Below are positions 49,105 through 58,851 of a stretch of 64,000 bases of DNA, one piece after another. A program made the position numbers and the translations under genes. Positions within the stretch are counted from its first letter, which is position 1, and every line of letters begins with the position of its first letter. The notes under the pieces were generated by a model that was not told where the DNA came from, did not search any database, and saw only the letters and a program-made list of their open reading frames with translations. The stretch comes from Bacillales bacterium UBA3789 (GTDB taxonomy: Bacteria; Bacillota_I; Bacilli_A; RF39; UBA660), in contig DFEZ01000002.1 of NCBI GenBank assembly GCA_002369415.1, positions 185,019 through 249,018 of the forward strand, read 5' to 3'.

Positions 49105-49995
49105 ATGATTAAAAAAATGGATTTCTCATGCATTGATGAGGTGTTTGAATCAATAAAAAAACTAAGTAAATGTGCTTGTTTTGGTAAAAATGGTAAAGAT
49201 GAGGAAGAAGTAGAAATATGCTTTTTTGATAGTTTTTTTGTTGTTAAACAAAAAAAAGTTATTGGGTTGCTTTTATATAATTGTATTTCAAGTTTTACTA
49301 TTAATGATTGTTTTGCTAATATTATCTTTAATAAAAATATAATTATGATAAACGTAAAAGGATTAGATTCAGAGACAATATTGTTTTTGAATTATTTGAG
49401 TGAAAAATATCAAACTATTAAATATAATTCAGATGAAAAAGAATCTTTATGGGGTATTGTCAACAATAAGTTAAGCAATTTGGCAATAGGCACTATTAAT
49501 CAAATAAACTTTGATTCTTTATCTGCTTACTATAATTTAAAAAAAGTAAAGTATGACATTTTTATTAAATGGTTTTTAATTACTTTTATTACTAGTATGT
49601 TTTTTCTCATCATAACATTCTCATTTTTGTTTGTTTATAATTTAATAAAATTTAATTTATCATGGTTTTTATTCATAACAGCAATAATTGTTGTGAATAT
49701 AATTATTTTTTTTAAAGGACATATTGAAGCAATTATCAAAAAAACGTTGGAGCATAACATTGACTTAACTATTTTTTTGAAAGAGAAAAATTTAATTGTA
49801 AAATCACCATCAGTAATAGTAATGTTAGATAATCATGATATTAAATATATTAAATACCAAAACAATTATTTCTTTATTAAACACAAGTTGATGGGAATTC
49901 CAATTATTATTAATTGTGAGAACAAGACCAGTGATATTTATAAATTATTAAGTTCAATAAAGACTAGTCAATCAAAAAAGGAGAAAAATACTTAA
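49105..49995 (+). CDS. Hypothetical membrane protein (two TMs, YcxB-like topology)
   Basis: 296-aa ORF with an AGAGG RBS; two TM helices; extremely AT-rich. Confidence 0.55.
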   Translation: MIKKMDFSCIDEVFESIKKLSKCACFGKNGKDEEEVEICFFDSFFVVKQKKVIGLLLYNCISSFTINDCFANIIFNKNIIMINVKGLDSETILFLNYLSEKYQTIKYNSDEKESLWGIVNNKLSNLAIGTINQINFDSLSAYYNLKKVKYDIFIKWFLITFITSMFFLIITFSFLFVYNLIKFNLSWFLFITAIIVVNIIIFFKGHIEAIIKKTLEHNIDLTIFLKEKNLIVKSPSVIVMLDNHDIKYIKYQNNYFFIKHKLMGIPIIINCENKTSDIYKLLSSIKTSQSKKEKNT

Positions 49996-50085
49996 TGTAT
50001 ATTTTCTCTTTTCCTTTGATTTACTTATGTCATTGTTTTAACATATTCAAATTAAAAAATCAGCGTTTGCTGATTAATAAACAAA

Positions 50086-50160
50086 TGGAGCGAACGAGGG
50101 GAATCGAACCCCCATCACAGCCTTGGCAAGGCCGTATTCTAACCATTGAACCACGTTCGC
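50086..50160 (-). tRNA. tRNA-Gly(GCC)
   Basis: GCGAACG...CGTTCGC-T-CCA, loop TT-GCC-AA. Confidence 0.95.
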
Positions 50161-50166
50161 ATAAAT

Positions 50167-50240
50167 TGGAGGGGCTAGACGGATTTGAACCGACGATCAA
50201 AGTTTTGCAGACTCACGCCTTACCACTTGGCTATAGCCCC
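50167..50240 (-). tRNA. tRNA-Cys(GCA)
   Basis: GGGGCTA...TAGCCCC-T-CCA, loop CT-GCA-AA. Confidence 0.94.
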
Positions 50241-50308
50241 ATGCACAAATATTATAGCAAAACACCATATAAAAAATCAATTGTTTTATATAAAAAATAT
50301 GGAAGAAA

Positions 50309-51475
50309 TTAATTCTTCCATATTCTAACTATATCTTTATAATTATATTTTAATTCATTACTTGATAGAATTTTTACTAAACCTGCCTCATCATTATATA
50401 AATAAACTATTCCATCACTTATTAAAATTATATCTCTATCATATACTTTCCAGTCATTAACTTCACTTAATTCAAATAACAATTCTTTATTACCATTATC
50501 TAGTTTTCTATAGAATTCATCTTTTTCAAAGTAATAACTATAATCATATTCTTTTATTTCTTTACCTATTAAATTATTATTAAATAGTTGTTTTTTTAAG
50601 AAGAAGTCACTTATATTTAGTAATCTTTTTGTTTTATTTTTATAAACAATAAAATCATTTTCTGCATTACCTACTTCTTTTATTTCTTCTTTAGATATAT
50701 TAATTGTATACTGCTTCTTATTTTTATTATCAGTTACATATATTAGATCATTATATATACCATTTATATATGAATCTTTATCTAGTTTCTTTTCTAATTT
50801 AAATGATTTTAATTTATTCTTTTTTAAATCATAATAATATATATTTTCTATACCTGTTACTTTTGTATTTTCAAATAATACAAAGTATCTAGAATTTACT
50901 ATAGACATAATATTATCATAGATATCATAATCTAATATTTTTATATAATCATTTCTATTTTTACCTATTACATAAATACCTTTATAATTCCATATAATAT
51001 ATTTTCTATTATTATCTAGATTATTATAGATAGTTAGTTTTTTATAGTTTGATTCTATCTCTTTCTTTTCTGGTACTTTTATTTTTGCTTTAGATAGTAT
51101 TTCTAAATAGTCAGAATTATTTTCATCTAATAGATAATAATTAGATACTTGTACTTTATCTTTTAAACAATATATTTCTTTACTATTTCCTTTCTTATAT
51201 ATTGGGACAATACAAGATATATTATTCTTTTTATATGTTTTTATATTTTTAATTATTCTTTTATTTTTATTTAAATCTTTAATAATAGTATAAGTATATT
51301 TATTATCTATTCTTATATTATAAGTATGTTTCTTATTATTTATATAGAATTCTTCTTTTATAATATGTTTATCTACTTTATATAGAGTATTAAACTTTTT
51401 TATTGTTAATTTATGGATAAAGATAACTAATAATACTATTACTATTAAAAATAATATATATCTTATTTTTTTCAT
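50309..51475 (-). CDS. Hypothetical membrane-anchored Lys/Tyr-rich protein
   Basis: N-terminal TM, beta-rich remainder; long ORF with RBS. Confidence 0.65.
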   Translation of the reverse strand: MKKIRYILFLIVIVLLVIFIHKLTIKKFNTLYKVDKHIIKEEFYINNKKHTYNIRIDNKYTYTIIKDLNKNKRIIKNIKTYKKNNISCIVPIYKKGNSKEIYCLKDKVQVSNYYLLDENNSDYLEILSKAKIKVPEKKEIESNYKKLTIYNNLDNNRKYIIWNYKGIYVIGKNRNDYIKILDYDIYDNIMSIVNSRYFVLFENTKVTGIENIYYYDLKKNKLKSFKLEKKLDKDSYINGIYNDLIYVTDNKNKKQYTINISKEEIKEVGNAENDFIVYKNKTKRLLNISDFFLKKQLFNNNLIGKEIKEYDYSYYFEKDEFYRKLDNGNKELLFELSEVNDWKVYDRDIILISDGIVYLYNDEAGLVKILSSNELKYNYKDIVRIWKN

Positions 51476-51513
51476 ATTATTACCTCTTTTTAATTATAAC
51501 AAAAAAAGAAAGA

Positions 51514-51966
51514 TTAAGCATCTTTCTTTTCTCCACTCATTCCGTATTTCTTTTTTTCTTCCATCATATAATTAGAGATTTCTGTTTCTATTTCTCTTAA
51601 TCCTGATTTGGAAATGTTTGATAGTGTTACAAATTCTTTAATAGTATCAATATATACTTTTCCCCAAATTAGGCCTCCTAATACTTTTAAATCGTTAAAC
51701 ATATCAGGTGTTATTGAACTTAAGAAATATCCGTAGATAATTCTTTTTCTTCCCATAAGAATTCTTTTATTTGTTAATGCAACTACATATGTATTTACAA
51801 TATTGAATGGATTATCATTCTTTTGAGCTGCGAAAGCATATAATACTTCCTCATCTGGATTAAGGTGCATTTCAACTACTGCTGAATTTGCTCTTAATCT
51901 CCATGCTATTGTACCAGGGTGTCTTTGTTTAAATTCTAATACTCTTCTATATACTGATCCTGCCAT
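51514..51966 (-). CDS. Bacterial PH-domain protein
   Basis: HLNPDEEVLY...VVALTNKRIL...GKVYIDT pattern. Confidence 0.7.
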   Translation of the reverse strand: MAGSVYRRVLEFKQRHPGTIAWRLRANSAVVEMHLNPDEEVLYAFAAQKNDNPFNIVNTYVVALTNKRILMGRKRIIYGYFLSSITPDMFNDLKVLGGLIWGKVYIDTIKEFVTLSNISKSGLREIETEISNYMMEEKKKYGMSGEKKDA

Positions 51967-51978
51967 TTTTATTCCTCC

Positions 51979-52512
51979 CTATTCTATCAAACCATATGTC
52001 TTAAAGAATTCTATGTATCCATATCTATCCATAAGACCATCTATTCCATCTAATACGTCTCCATCTTTTACTACAAATAACATTGGTGTACCAAAACCAT
52101 TTTTAAATCCTTCATAAGAATTTACAAAATTATTTTGATCTTCTCCTTCAAAGTCATCTGTATTTAGATAGTTTAAATCAATATTATATTCATACATTAT
52201 GTTTTGTAATATTGGTTCAGCTATTTGACAATAGTGACATGTTGGTCTTGCGACTAAAATAAACTTATTTTCTGAACTATTTAAATATTCTAAATATGTA
52301 TCTACATTAATGTATGTAAATTCTTTCTTTTCATTTTCTTTTACTGCAGCACTTTCTTTTTCTGCATTTGCAACTACTGTTTCTGCAGTTCTTTCTGTTG
52401 GTTCTTCATTCTTACTTGATGATTTACCACCTACTAGAGCAGCTATTATTAATAATGCTAATAAAACTACTACTACAATTATTGTTATTATTGTTGTTTT
52501 CTTTTCCCCCAT
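51979..52512 (-). CDS. Membrane-anchored thioredoxin-fold protein
   Basis: N-terminal TM, RPTCHYC, GTP cis-Pro loop. Confidence 0.82.
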   Translation of the reverse strand: MGEKKTTIITIIVVVVLLALLIIAALVGGKSSSKNEEPTERTAETVVANAEKESAAVKENEKKEFTYINVDTYLEYLNSSENKFILVARPTCHYCQIAEPILQNIMYEYNIDLNYLNTDDFEGEDQNNFVNSYEGFKNGFGTPMLFVVKDGDVLDGIDGLMDRYGYIEFFKTYGLIE

Positions 52513-52561
52513 AATAACACCTCTTTTCTTTTAGTTTAAACCATTATTTCAAAATATACAA

Positions 52562-54148
52562 TTATTTTTTGTTTTCTATATATTCTTCGTATGGAACTAC
52601 TCTATCGATTATTTTTCCATCATTAGTTATTTCTATTACTCTATTAGCAACTGTTGAGTTTAATTCATAATCACGTGATGTGAATAATATTTCTCCAGTA
52701 AAGTTTACCATTCCTTTATTTAGGGATGTAATACTTTCTAGATCTAAGTGGTTTGTTGGTTCATCTAATATTAAGAAATTAGGTTGTTGTAACATTATCT
52801 TTGATAGCATACATCTTGCTTTTTCTCCTCCAGATAAGACATTAACTTTTTTGAATACATCATCTCCAGAGAATAACATTCTTCCTAAGAATCCTCTTAA
52901 TATTGTTTCATCTTTTATTTCATGATATTGTCCCATCCACTCAATAATATTTTTATCACTATTAAAGTATTCATTATTATCTTGTGGTAAATATTCAGGA
53001 ATAATAGTTTTTCCCCATTCTATTGTTCCTTTATCATATTTTTCTTTTCCACTTAAGATATTAAATAAAGTTGTTTTTGCCATATCATTTTCAGCTATAA
53101 AACAGATTTTATCTCCTTTTAGAACTGTGAATGATACTTTATCTAGAATCTTCTTTCCATCTACTTCTTTAGTTAAGTTTTCTACTTTTAATATTTCTTT
53201 TCCAGCAGGTTTTTCTATCTTAAAGTCAATATATGGATATTTTCTACTACTTGGAATTATTTCATCTAATTCTATTTTTTCTAACATTTTCTTACGAGAA
53301 GTTGCTTGTTTAGATTTAGATGCATTTGCTGAGAATCTTTGAATAAATGCTTGTAATTCTTTTATCTTTTCTTCTTTCTTCTTGTTTGATTCTCTCATTT
53401 GTTTTTGTAATAATTCACTTGATTCATACCAGAAATCATAGTTACCAATATATAATTTAATTTTTCCATAATCTATATCACAGATATGAGTACATACTTT
53501 ATTTAAGAAGTGTCTATCATGTGAAACGATTATTACTGTATTATTAAAGTTAATTAAGAATTCTTCTAACCATTTAATTGCTTCTAAGTCTAGAGAGTTT
53601 GTTGGTTCATCTAGAAGTAGTATATCTGGATTACCAAATAGAGCTTGAGCAAGTAATACTTTAACTCTTAGTTTTACTGGTAATTCTCCCATATTCATAT
53701 AATGGTATTCTTCACTAACACCTAAGTTATTTAATAATTGAGCAGCATCTGGTTCTGCATTCCATCCATCTAAATCCATAAATTCTGCTTCTAGATTAGC
53801 TAATTTCATACCATCTTCTTCAGAAAATTCTGTTTGAGAATACATTTTATCTTTTTCTACCATTATTTCATAAAGTTTAGTATTGCCCATTATTACAACA
53901 TCTATTACTCTTTTATCATCAAATTGATAGTGATCTTGTTTTAATATAGATATTCTTTCATCTTTTGATACTGTAATTTCTCCAGTAGTAGTTTCTAATT
54001 CTCCACTTAGTAGTTTTAAGAAAGTAGATTTTCCACTACCATTAGCTCCTATTAATCCATAACAATTTCCGTTAGTAAATTTTATATTAACATCTTCAAA
54101 TAATGTCCTTTTACCGAATTTTAAACTTACATTTGATACTTGTATCAT
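52562..54148 (-). CDS. ABC-F family ribosome-associated ATPase
   Basis: Two ABC domains (GANGSGKST, LDEPTN twice, LSGGE), inter-domain linker, no TM. Confidence 0.93.
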   Translation of the reverse strand: MIQVSNVSLKFGKRTLFEDVNIKFTNGNCYGLIGANGSGKSTFLKLLSGELETTTGEITVSKDERISILKQDHYQFDDKRVIDVVIMGNTKLYEIMVEKDKMYSQTEFSEEDGMKLANLEAEFMDLDGWNAEPDAAQLLNNLGVSEEYHYMNMGELPVKLRVKVLLAQALFGNPDILLLDEPTNSLDLEAIKWLEEFLINFNNTVIIVSHDRHFLNKVCTHICDIDYGKIKLYIGNYDFWYESSELLQKQMRESNKKKEEKIKELQAFIQRFSANASKSKQATSRKKMLEKIELDEIIPSSRKYPYIDFKIEKPAGKEILKVENLTKEVDGKKILDKVSFTVLKGDKICFIAENDMAKTTLFNILSGKEKYDKGTIEWGKTIIPEYLPQDNNEYFNSDKNIIEWMGQYHEIKDETILRGFLGRMLFSGDDVFKKVNVLSGGEKARCMLSKIMLQQPNFLILDEPTNHLDLESITSLNKGMVNFTGEILFTSRDYELNSTVANRVIEITNDGKIIDRVVPYEEYIENKK

Positions 54149-54213
54149 AAAGTCACCTCTTGTTCTTCAAAATCTATTATATTTTATCGTAAAAACAAAA
54201 AAAAGACAAGTTT

Positions 54214-54885
54214 CTAACCTATCTTCTTTACTAGTTCTTTTAAGTTCCTTTGTCCTTTCATTATTTCTCCAAAATAACTACTACTAGGTTGATCTATATC
54301 TCTTAAACCTAATAATTCTTTTAAATGTTGTATTGAACTATTTGGAACATTTGATTTTCTTAATTCTGATGATAATAATTCAGTAAGAAGTAAATGTAAT
54401 TGGAATTGATTTAATTCTTGCAATCTTTCTACATCAACTGAATCTAGTATTCTATAATTACTTGGATCTACTATATATAATTCTCCATTATATAAAGTAT
54501 ATCCTGGAGTTGCTCCATTAAGTAATACTCTTCTTTGACTTAATGCTTCAATATCTTTTTCAATTACTCTTACATTATTAATAAACTCATCTGTTGGTGC
54601 ATTTGAAATTTTTTTACCTGCACCCTTTTGTGAAACAAGTTTCATTGTATAACCTCTAAAAGCGTTATTATAAAATAATAGTTTTTTTGGAAGAATAATT
54701 CTTTCTGTTCTTATATCTGTTAGGTATTTTGCTGTTTCTTCATCAATTGGTTCTTCCCCTTCATCAAATACTCTTATTGCATATCCTTTATAACGGTATA
54801 CATTTCCCGCTTTTGTATCAGGTTTAAAATTTAATTGTCTAAGACCAGAAAGATCTATACTTTTATTTTCTAAACGATATCCCAT
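54214..54885 (-). CDS. Protein-kinase-like fold protein, probable pseudokinase
   Basis: GNVYRY, AIRVF, P..LLF....FRGYTM hinge, LYIVD; catalytic-loop Asp/Asn apparently replaced. Confidence 0.5.
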   Translation of the reverse strand: MGYRLENKSIDLSGLRQLNFKPDTKAGNVYRYKGYAIRVFDEGEEPIDEETAKYLTDIRTERIILPKKLLFYNNAFRGYTMKLVSQKGAGKKISNAPTDEFINNVRVIEKDIEALSQRRVLLNGATPGYTLYNGELYIVDPSNYRILDSVDVERLQELNQFQLHLLLTELLSSELRKSNVPNSSIQHLKELLGLRDIDQPSSSYFGEIMKGQRNLKELVKKIG

Positions 54886-54926
54886 ATATCAAGACTCCCC
54901 TTGCGGTTTATTATAACATACTTATT

Positions 54927-55523
54927 TTATTTTTTATAAAAATTTGAAATAAATTTAGCAAATTGATATAAAATTATTTCACTCTTATTAATTGCATAAC
55001 TTTTTCCAATAGCTTTTCCACCTATTGTTAGTGATGCTATTACTGCTGCAACTATAAGTCCTGTAACTAATAAATTGAATTTAAAATCTGCTGCTAATAT
55101 TGCAGTTATAGCAGTTCCTGCAGCACCTGAAATAATACCACATACATCTCCAATTACATCACAACAAAAGCTTGATACTTTATCAGCATTCTTTTTAAAA
55201 GCAACTGCAATACTTGCTCCTTTTACTTTTCTAGAATTCATTGAATGGAATACAGCTTCATCTGCAGTTGTTACAGCAACTCCAATAATATCAAACATTA
55301 TACCTAATCCAATAAATAATAATGTAATTATAATACCTAACCATAATGGGAAATTAGGTATTGTCATTTGTGCTATAAAAGATAAGCATACTGAAACTAT
55401 AAATGCAGTTATTGATACGATCGCAATCCATTTAACATTTACTTTTTCTTTTTTTACTTTCTCTTTTTTCTTATCTATTTCTTTTAAACTTTCTAGTTCT
55501 TTATTTTTCTTAAATAAAAACAT
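54927..55523 (-). CDS. oapA: OLE-associated protein A
   Basis: 4-TM protein with GIMFDIIGVA, FHSM, NADKVSSFCCDVIGDVCGIISG, LTIGGKAIGK; immediately downstream of the OLE RNA. Confidence 0.9.
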   Translation of the reverse strand: MFLFKKNKELESLKEIDKKKEKVKKEKVNVKWIAIVSITAFIVSVCLSFIAQMTIPNFPLWLGIIITLLFIGLGIMFDIIGVAVTTADEAVFHSMNSRKVKGASIAVAFKKNADKVSSFCCDVIGDVCGIISGAAGTAITAILAADFKFNLLVTGLIVAAVIASLTIGGKAIGKSYAINKSEIILYQFAKFISNFYKK

Positions 55524-55573
55524 AAAAATTCTCCTTTATCATTAATCGATAATTATCGTTTTCATTATAACAT

Positions 55574-55596
55574 AAAAAAAAGTAGATATTCTACTT
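55574..55596 (-). terminator. Putative intrinsic terminator between ole and oapA
   Basis: AAGTAGA-ATA-TCTACTT hairpin followed by a long U-tract on the minus strand; weak stem. Confidence 0.5.
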
Positions 55597-55607
55597 CATT
55601 TTTTATA

Positions 55608-56192
55608 AATTGCTTGGCTTTCACTATAGTTAACTTTGAGCCTTAGGTCAAGTAGGATTTCCCTAATTTCTACAGGTTCGTTACCAAACTTGCGGTTCCC
55701 CTTTAAAGAAATTAATATGTCGTCACCAATTCATACGACTTGATTACCACTTAGTGCCCACTACAATCCTATAATGATTACACTCTAGGAGATTTCCTCA
55801 CCAGCGCTTTAATATTAGTCCTTTTTTGCAAAAATGATTTCAAGATGCAGTACTTAATATAAGTGGCCGCTTATATAAAGCAAGATCATCTATCCCAAGA
55901 TTTTCACTCAAGACAGGCTACACTGCACATAACTTTCGCCACATACAGGTTCTATCCTATTTCGTAAAAGAATCATCAGAACGAAGTTCGTATAGATTAA
56001 TCCACAAGAATAGGTCTCCACGAAAATTGGGTCGGGATTCGTATGCCATTACGAGTCGCCCAAGATTCTCTCTCCAGCATCCACCCCAAACTGGGCGTAA
56101 GAAGCAGACACCAAAGGTTTCACAGATATGCCCTTTAACGAATTTTTAAGCTCGTCTTCATAAAAAAGCAATTGACTAGAATAATGTGCCAT
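55608..56192 (-). ncRNA. ole: OLE RNA (ornate, large, extremophilic)
   Basis: About 590 nt, ORF-free and GC-elevated; the 5' part TTATTCTAGTCA...TGAAGACGAGCTTAAAAATTCGTTAAAGGGCATATC...ACGCCCAG matches the OLE consensus as recalled; 3' AGTGAAAGCC; followed by oapA. Confidence 0.9.
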
Positions 56193-56206
56193 CAATTACG
56201 TATGTA

Positions 56207-56235
56207 ATTATATCATATTTACGAAAAAATGTCAA
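56207..56235 (-). promoter_or_regulatory. Consensus sigma-A promoter for ole
   Basis: TTGACA (56235-56230), 17 bp spacer, TGnTATAAT (-10 at 56212-56207). Confidence 0.85.
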
Positions 56236-56243
56236 CTTTACAA

Positions 56244-57308
56244 CTATTTTTTCAATACTGGGTTGACTTCTTCTGATACATTATCTCTTACTGAATCATT
56301 TCCATAAATTAGTTTTAATTTACTTGAGAAATATGCTCTTTCATAATAACCATTCTCATAGATATAATTCCAATACTCTGTATATCTATCTTCACTTGGT
56401 ATTTGAGCAAGCATTCCTCTATAGTAATTATATATTTCCATTTTCTCATTATCATCCGAATATTTATTATTAAAATATGTATCAAGATAATTAATCATAT
56501 AATTATAAGTTTCTGGATCTATTTCTCTACCTGATTCTAATCTTTCAAGTACTCTATCTGATGCATTAATAAATGTAGTTGCATCTCCTGTACCTTCATA
56601 CTTTCTTAATTCATCTTTTATTACATTCATATTTCCTGTTGTATATGCTTCTAATACTCTATCTGGTTCAACCATTTCACATAATAATTTAGTTAATGCT
56701 ACTTCATATGGATAGCTTGATTCTTCTACAAATGGGTTTGGAGTAAAATATTCATTTACTAATATTTCTGTTACACCTTCTGCTAGGAATACTGGTATAT
56801 TAACATTTCTATAATTAGTAAATAAACAATGTAATAATTCATGTATTTGTGTTTCTCTTTTTAATGAATCGCTTTCAGTATATATATTAATTATATCTTT
56901 ATTAAAATTAAAATCTCCTAAGATAGTTTCACTTGTTCCATCAGGTCTTGGTACATAGAAAATATCTACATTACCAATAGAACCATATGCACTATTACTA
57001 TCTATATATGGATTATCATTAATAATATCAGCAAATGAATATACAATAGCTTTTTCTTCATCAGAAAGATTACTATTATTAATAGCAGCATGTATTATTA
57101 CTAAGTTATCATTATTACTTGCTTCAATTCCTGTAATTTGCTCTACTTCTTCTAGCATTGATTCTATATTTGAACCAGCTAATTCATTACTTTTGTCTCG
57201 ATTTAAATTTATATCTTCATTTGAACAATGAGTTAGTGCTGCATAAATCATCATCATGATGATAAAGTACTTTGCTCCTCCTCCAGAAGATCTGTTATTT
57301 CTACCCAT
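56244..57308 (-). CDS. Putative gluzincin metallopeptidase-like exported protein
   Basis: N-terminal hydrophobic stretch ending in Cys; IHELLH plus downstream EGVTE; start at 57308. Confidence 0.6.
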   Translation of the reverse strand: MGRNNRSSGGGAKYFIIMMMIYAALTHCSNEDINLNRDKSNELAGSNIESMLEEVEQITGIEASNNDNLVIIHAAINNSNLSDEEKAIVYSFADIINDNPYIDSNSAYGSIGNVDIFYVPRPDGTSETILGDFNFNKDIINIYTESDSLKRETQIHELLHCLFTNYRNVNIPVFLAEGVTEILVNEYFTPNPFVEESSYPYEVALTKLLCEMVEPDRVLEAYTTGNMNVIKDELRKYEGTGDATTFINASDRVLERLESGREIDPETYNYMINYLDTYFNNKYSDDNEKMEIYNYYRGMLAQIPSEDRYTEYWNYIYENGYYERAYFSSKLKLIYGNDSVRDNVSEEVNPVLKK

Positions 57309-57374
57309 ACTATAACCCCCTAATCGGGTCATATTATACCATAAAAATGTTATTATTGCAAAGAAAAAGAAATA

Positions 57375-58037
57375 CTAAGTATTTCTTATTTTATTAACAT
57401 ACCAATTAATTTTACCTACCCATGTATTAGATTCTGCATATCTTGGTCCAATTGACTCTACTGTATTTAATCCATGAGCATAATAATTCTTATATAGATT
57501 AGTAATCATTCCTTCTAATCCTTCTTCAATTGAATTATATCTTTTATAGGCTCCACATCCATATCCTTTTTGTCCACCAAAGTTATAGCAATTTCTTGCT
57601 ATATTACTACACTGGCTTTGTCCGCATCCTGTTTCATGCATTATTATTGCTGTTGCAATATATGGATCTACTCCTAATTCAATACATTTATTTGCAATTG
57701 TATAGCCTTGTCCGGCTATTTCATTCTTTAATGTTCTGTTTAGTTTTTCAGCAAGTTCATCTAGTGTCATTCCTTCATATACTTCTTGCCTTAATAGAGA
57801 AGCATTTGCTGTTTCCATTTTTATTTCTGTAAGAAGTAAACTTGTACTTGATGAGTTCTTTTTAGTTTTCTTTTTTACTATCATATTAGCACTTGCAGCA
57901 ACTCTATTCATTTTATATTCTGTATTATCTCTAATAACTCTATTATTAGAATAATCTCCTTGCATTACAAGTCCCATAGAAATCATTATGACTCCTATAA
58001 ATGAAGTAATTATGCAAATAATTCTAGTTTTTTGCAT
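57375..58037 (-). CDS. Membrane-anchored glucosaminidase (GH73-like) cell wall hydrolase
   Basis: VDPYIATAIIMHETG, YNFGG, YNSIEEG, IGPRYA; start at 58037. Confidence 0.8.
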   Translation of the reverse strand: MQKTRIICIITSFIGVIMISMGLVMQGDYSNNRVIRDNTEYKMNRVAASANMIVKKKTKKNSSSTSLLLTEIKMETANASLLRQEVYEGMTLDELAEKLNRTLKNEIAGQGYTIANKCIELGVDPYIATAIIMHETGCGQSQCSNIARNCYNFGGQKGYGCGAYKRYNSIEEGLEGMITNLYKNYYAHGLNTVESIGPRYAESNTWVGKINWYVNKIRNT

Positions 58038-58129
58038 ATATGTCACCTCTACAACCTTGACTAAGATAATTTTATAATATTTTTTTGTATTGGTCAAATA
58101 ATAAAAAAATCTATACTTTCGTATAGATT

Positions 58130-58756
58130 TTACCAATTCACATATATATCAATTATTCCATAAGCACAACCACTATCATATACTTTAGCAGGTCCTAATG
58201 AAGTAATTAGAATTGATCCTTTTGGCATAAATCCAGGATCAGCTGCTACACAAATGAATCCATCTCCATCACGGATTGTTCCATCCTCTGCAGCATGTCT
58301 TCCAGGAATATTTAAACTTGTTCCAGGAAGTACTCTTTCTGAATAATATGTTTCTTTATGTCCATTATAATATTGTGCACCTTTATTTTTACTTAAACGC
58401 TCACCAGAATATGTATATAATCCTGAATATTCCATATGAAGTGTTCCTGCGTATAGAGCTGCTTCTCTTTCAGCAATACTCATACTCTCATAAATTTCAA
58501 GTGGTGTCTTTTGAAGTGTTGCCTCAGTTACTTCCATCTCTAAGGATAGATACTCTTCTAAGTTAACAGGTTCATTTTCTTCACCAATTATTTCCTTTAC
58601 TATTTTATCAGTAAAGTCTTCATTTATAGCCATGCCTACACTAGTAGATAACTCACTAGCGGCAAATGTTTCAGATATTATATCATTATTTAAAGCAAGT
58701 GTTCCTATGATTGCTAATACTCCAAGTATTGTGATGGAGTATAAGATTCTTTTCAT
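58130..58756 (-). CDS. Membrane-anchored 3D-domain (double-psi barrel) cell wall protein
   Basis: CVAADP, VYDSG, IIDIY three-Asp pattern; start at 58756. Confidence 0.7.
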   Translation of the reverse strand: MKRILYSITILGVLAIIGTLALNNDIISETFAASELSTSVGMAINEDFTDKIVKEIIGEENEPVNLEEYLSLEMEVTEATLQKTPLEIYESMSIAEREAALYAGTLHMEYSGLYTYSGERLSKNKGAQYYNGHKETYYSERVLPGTSLNIPGRHAAEDGTIRDGDGFICVAADPGFMPKGSILITSLGPAKVYDSGCAYGIIDIYVNW

Positions 58757-58851
58757 TGCTTTTTCACCCCGCATAAATAAAATGCATAATAGAATTTTAC
58801 TACTTTTTCTTATTATAGTCAAATTTTTGGTATAATGTAGGTGGTGATAGT

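Noticed and set aside
49995-50312. 105-aa plus-strand ORF
   Set aside because: Antisense to tRNA-Gly and tRNA-Cys; a typical tRNA shadow ORF
55608-56192. RNase P RNA, tmRNA, group II intron or rRNA fragment
   Set aside because: Lacks their hallmark termini and motifs; size, sequence and the adjacent oapA fit OLE RNA
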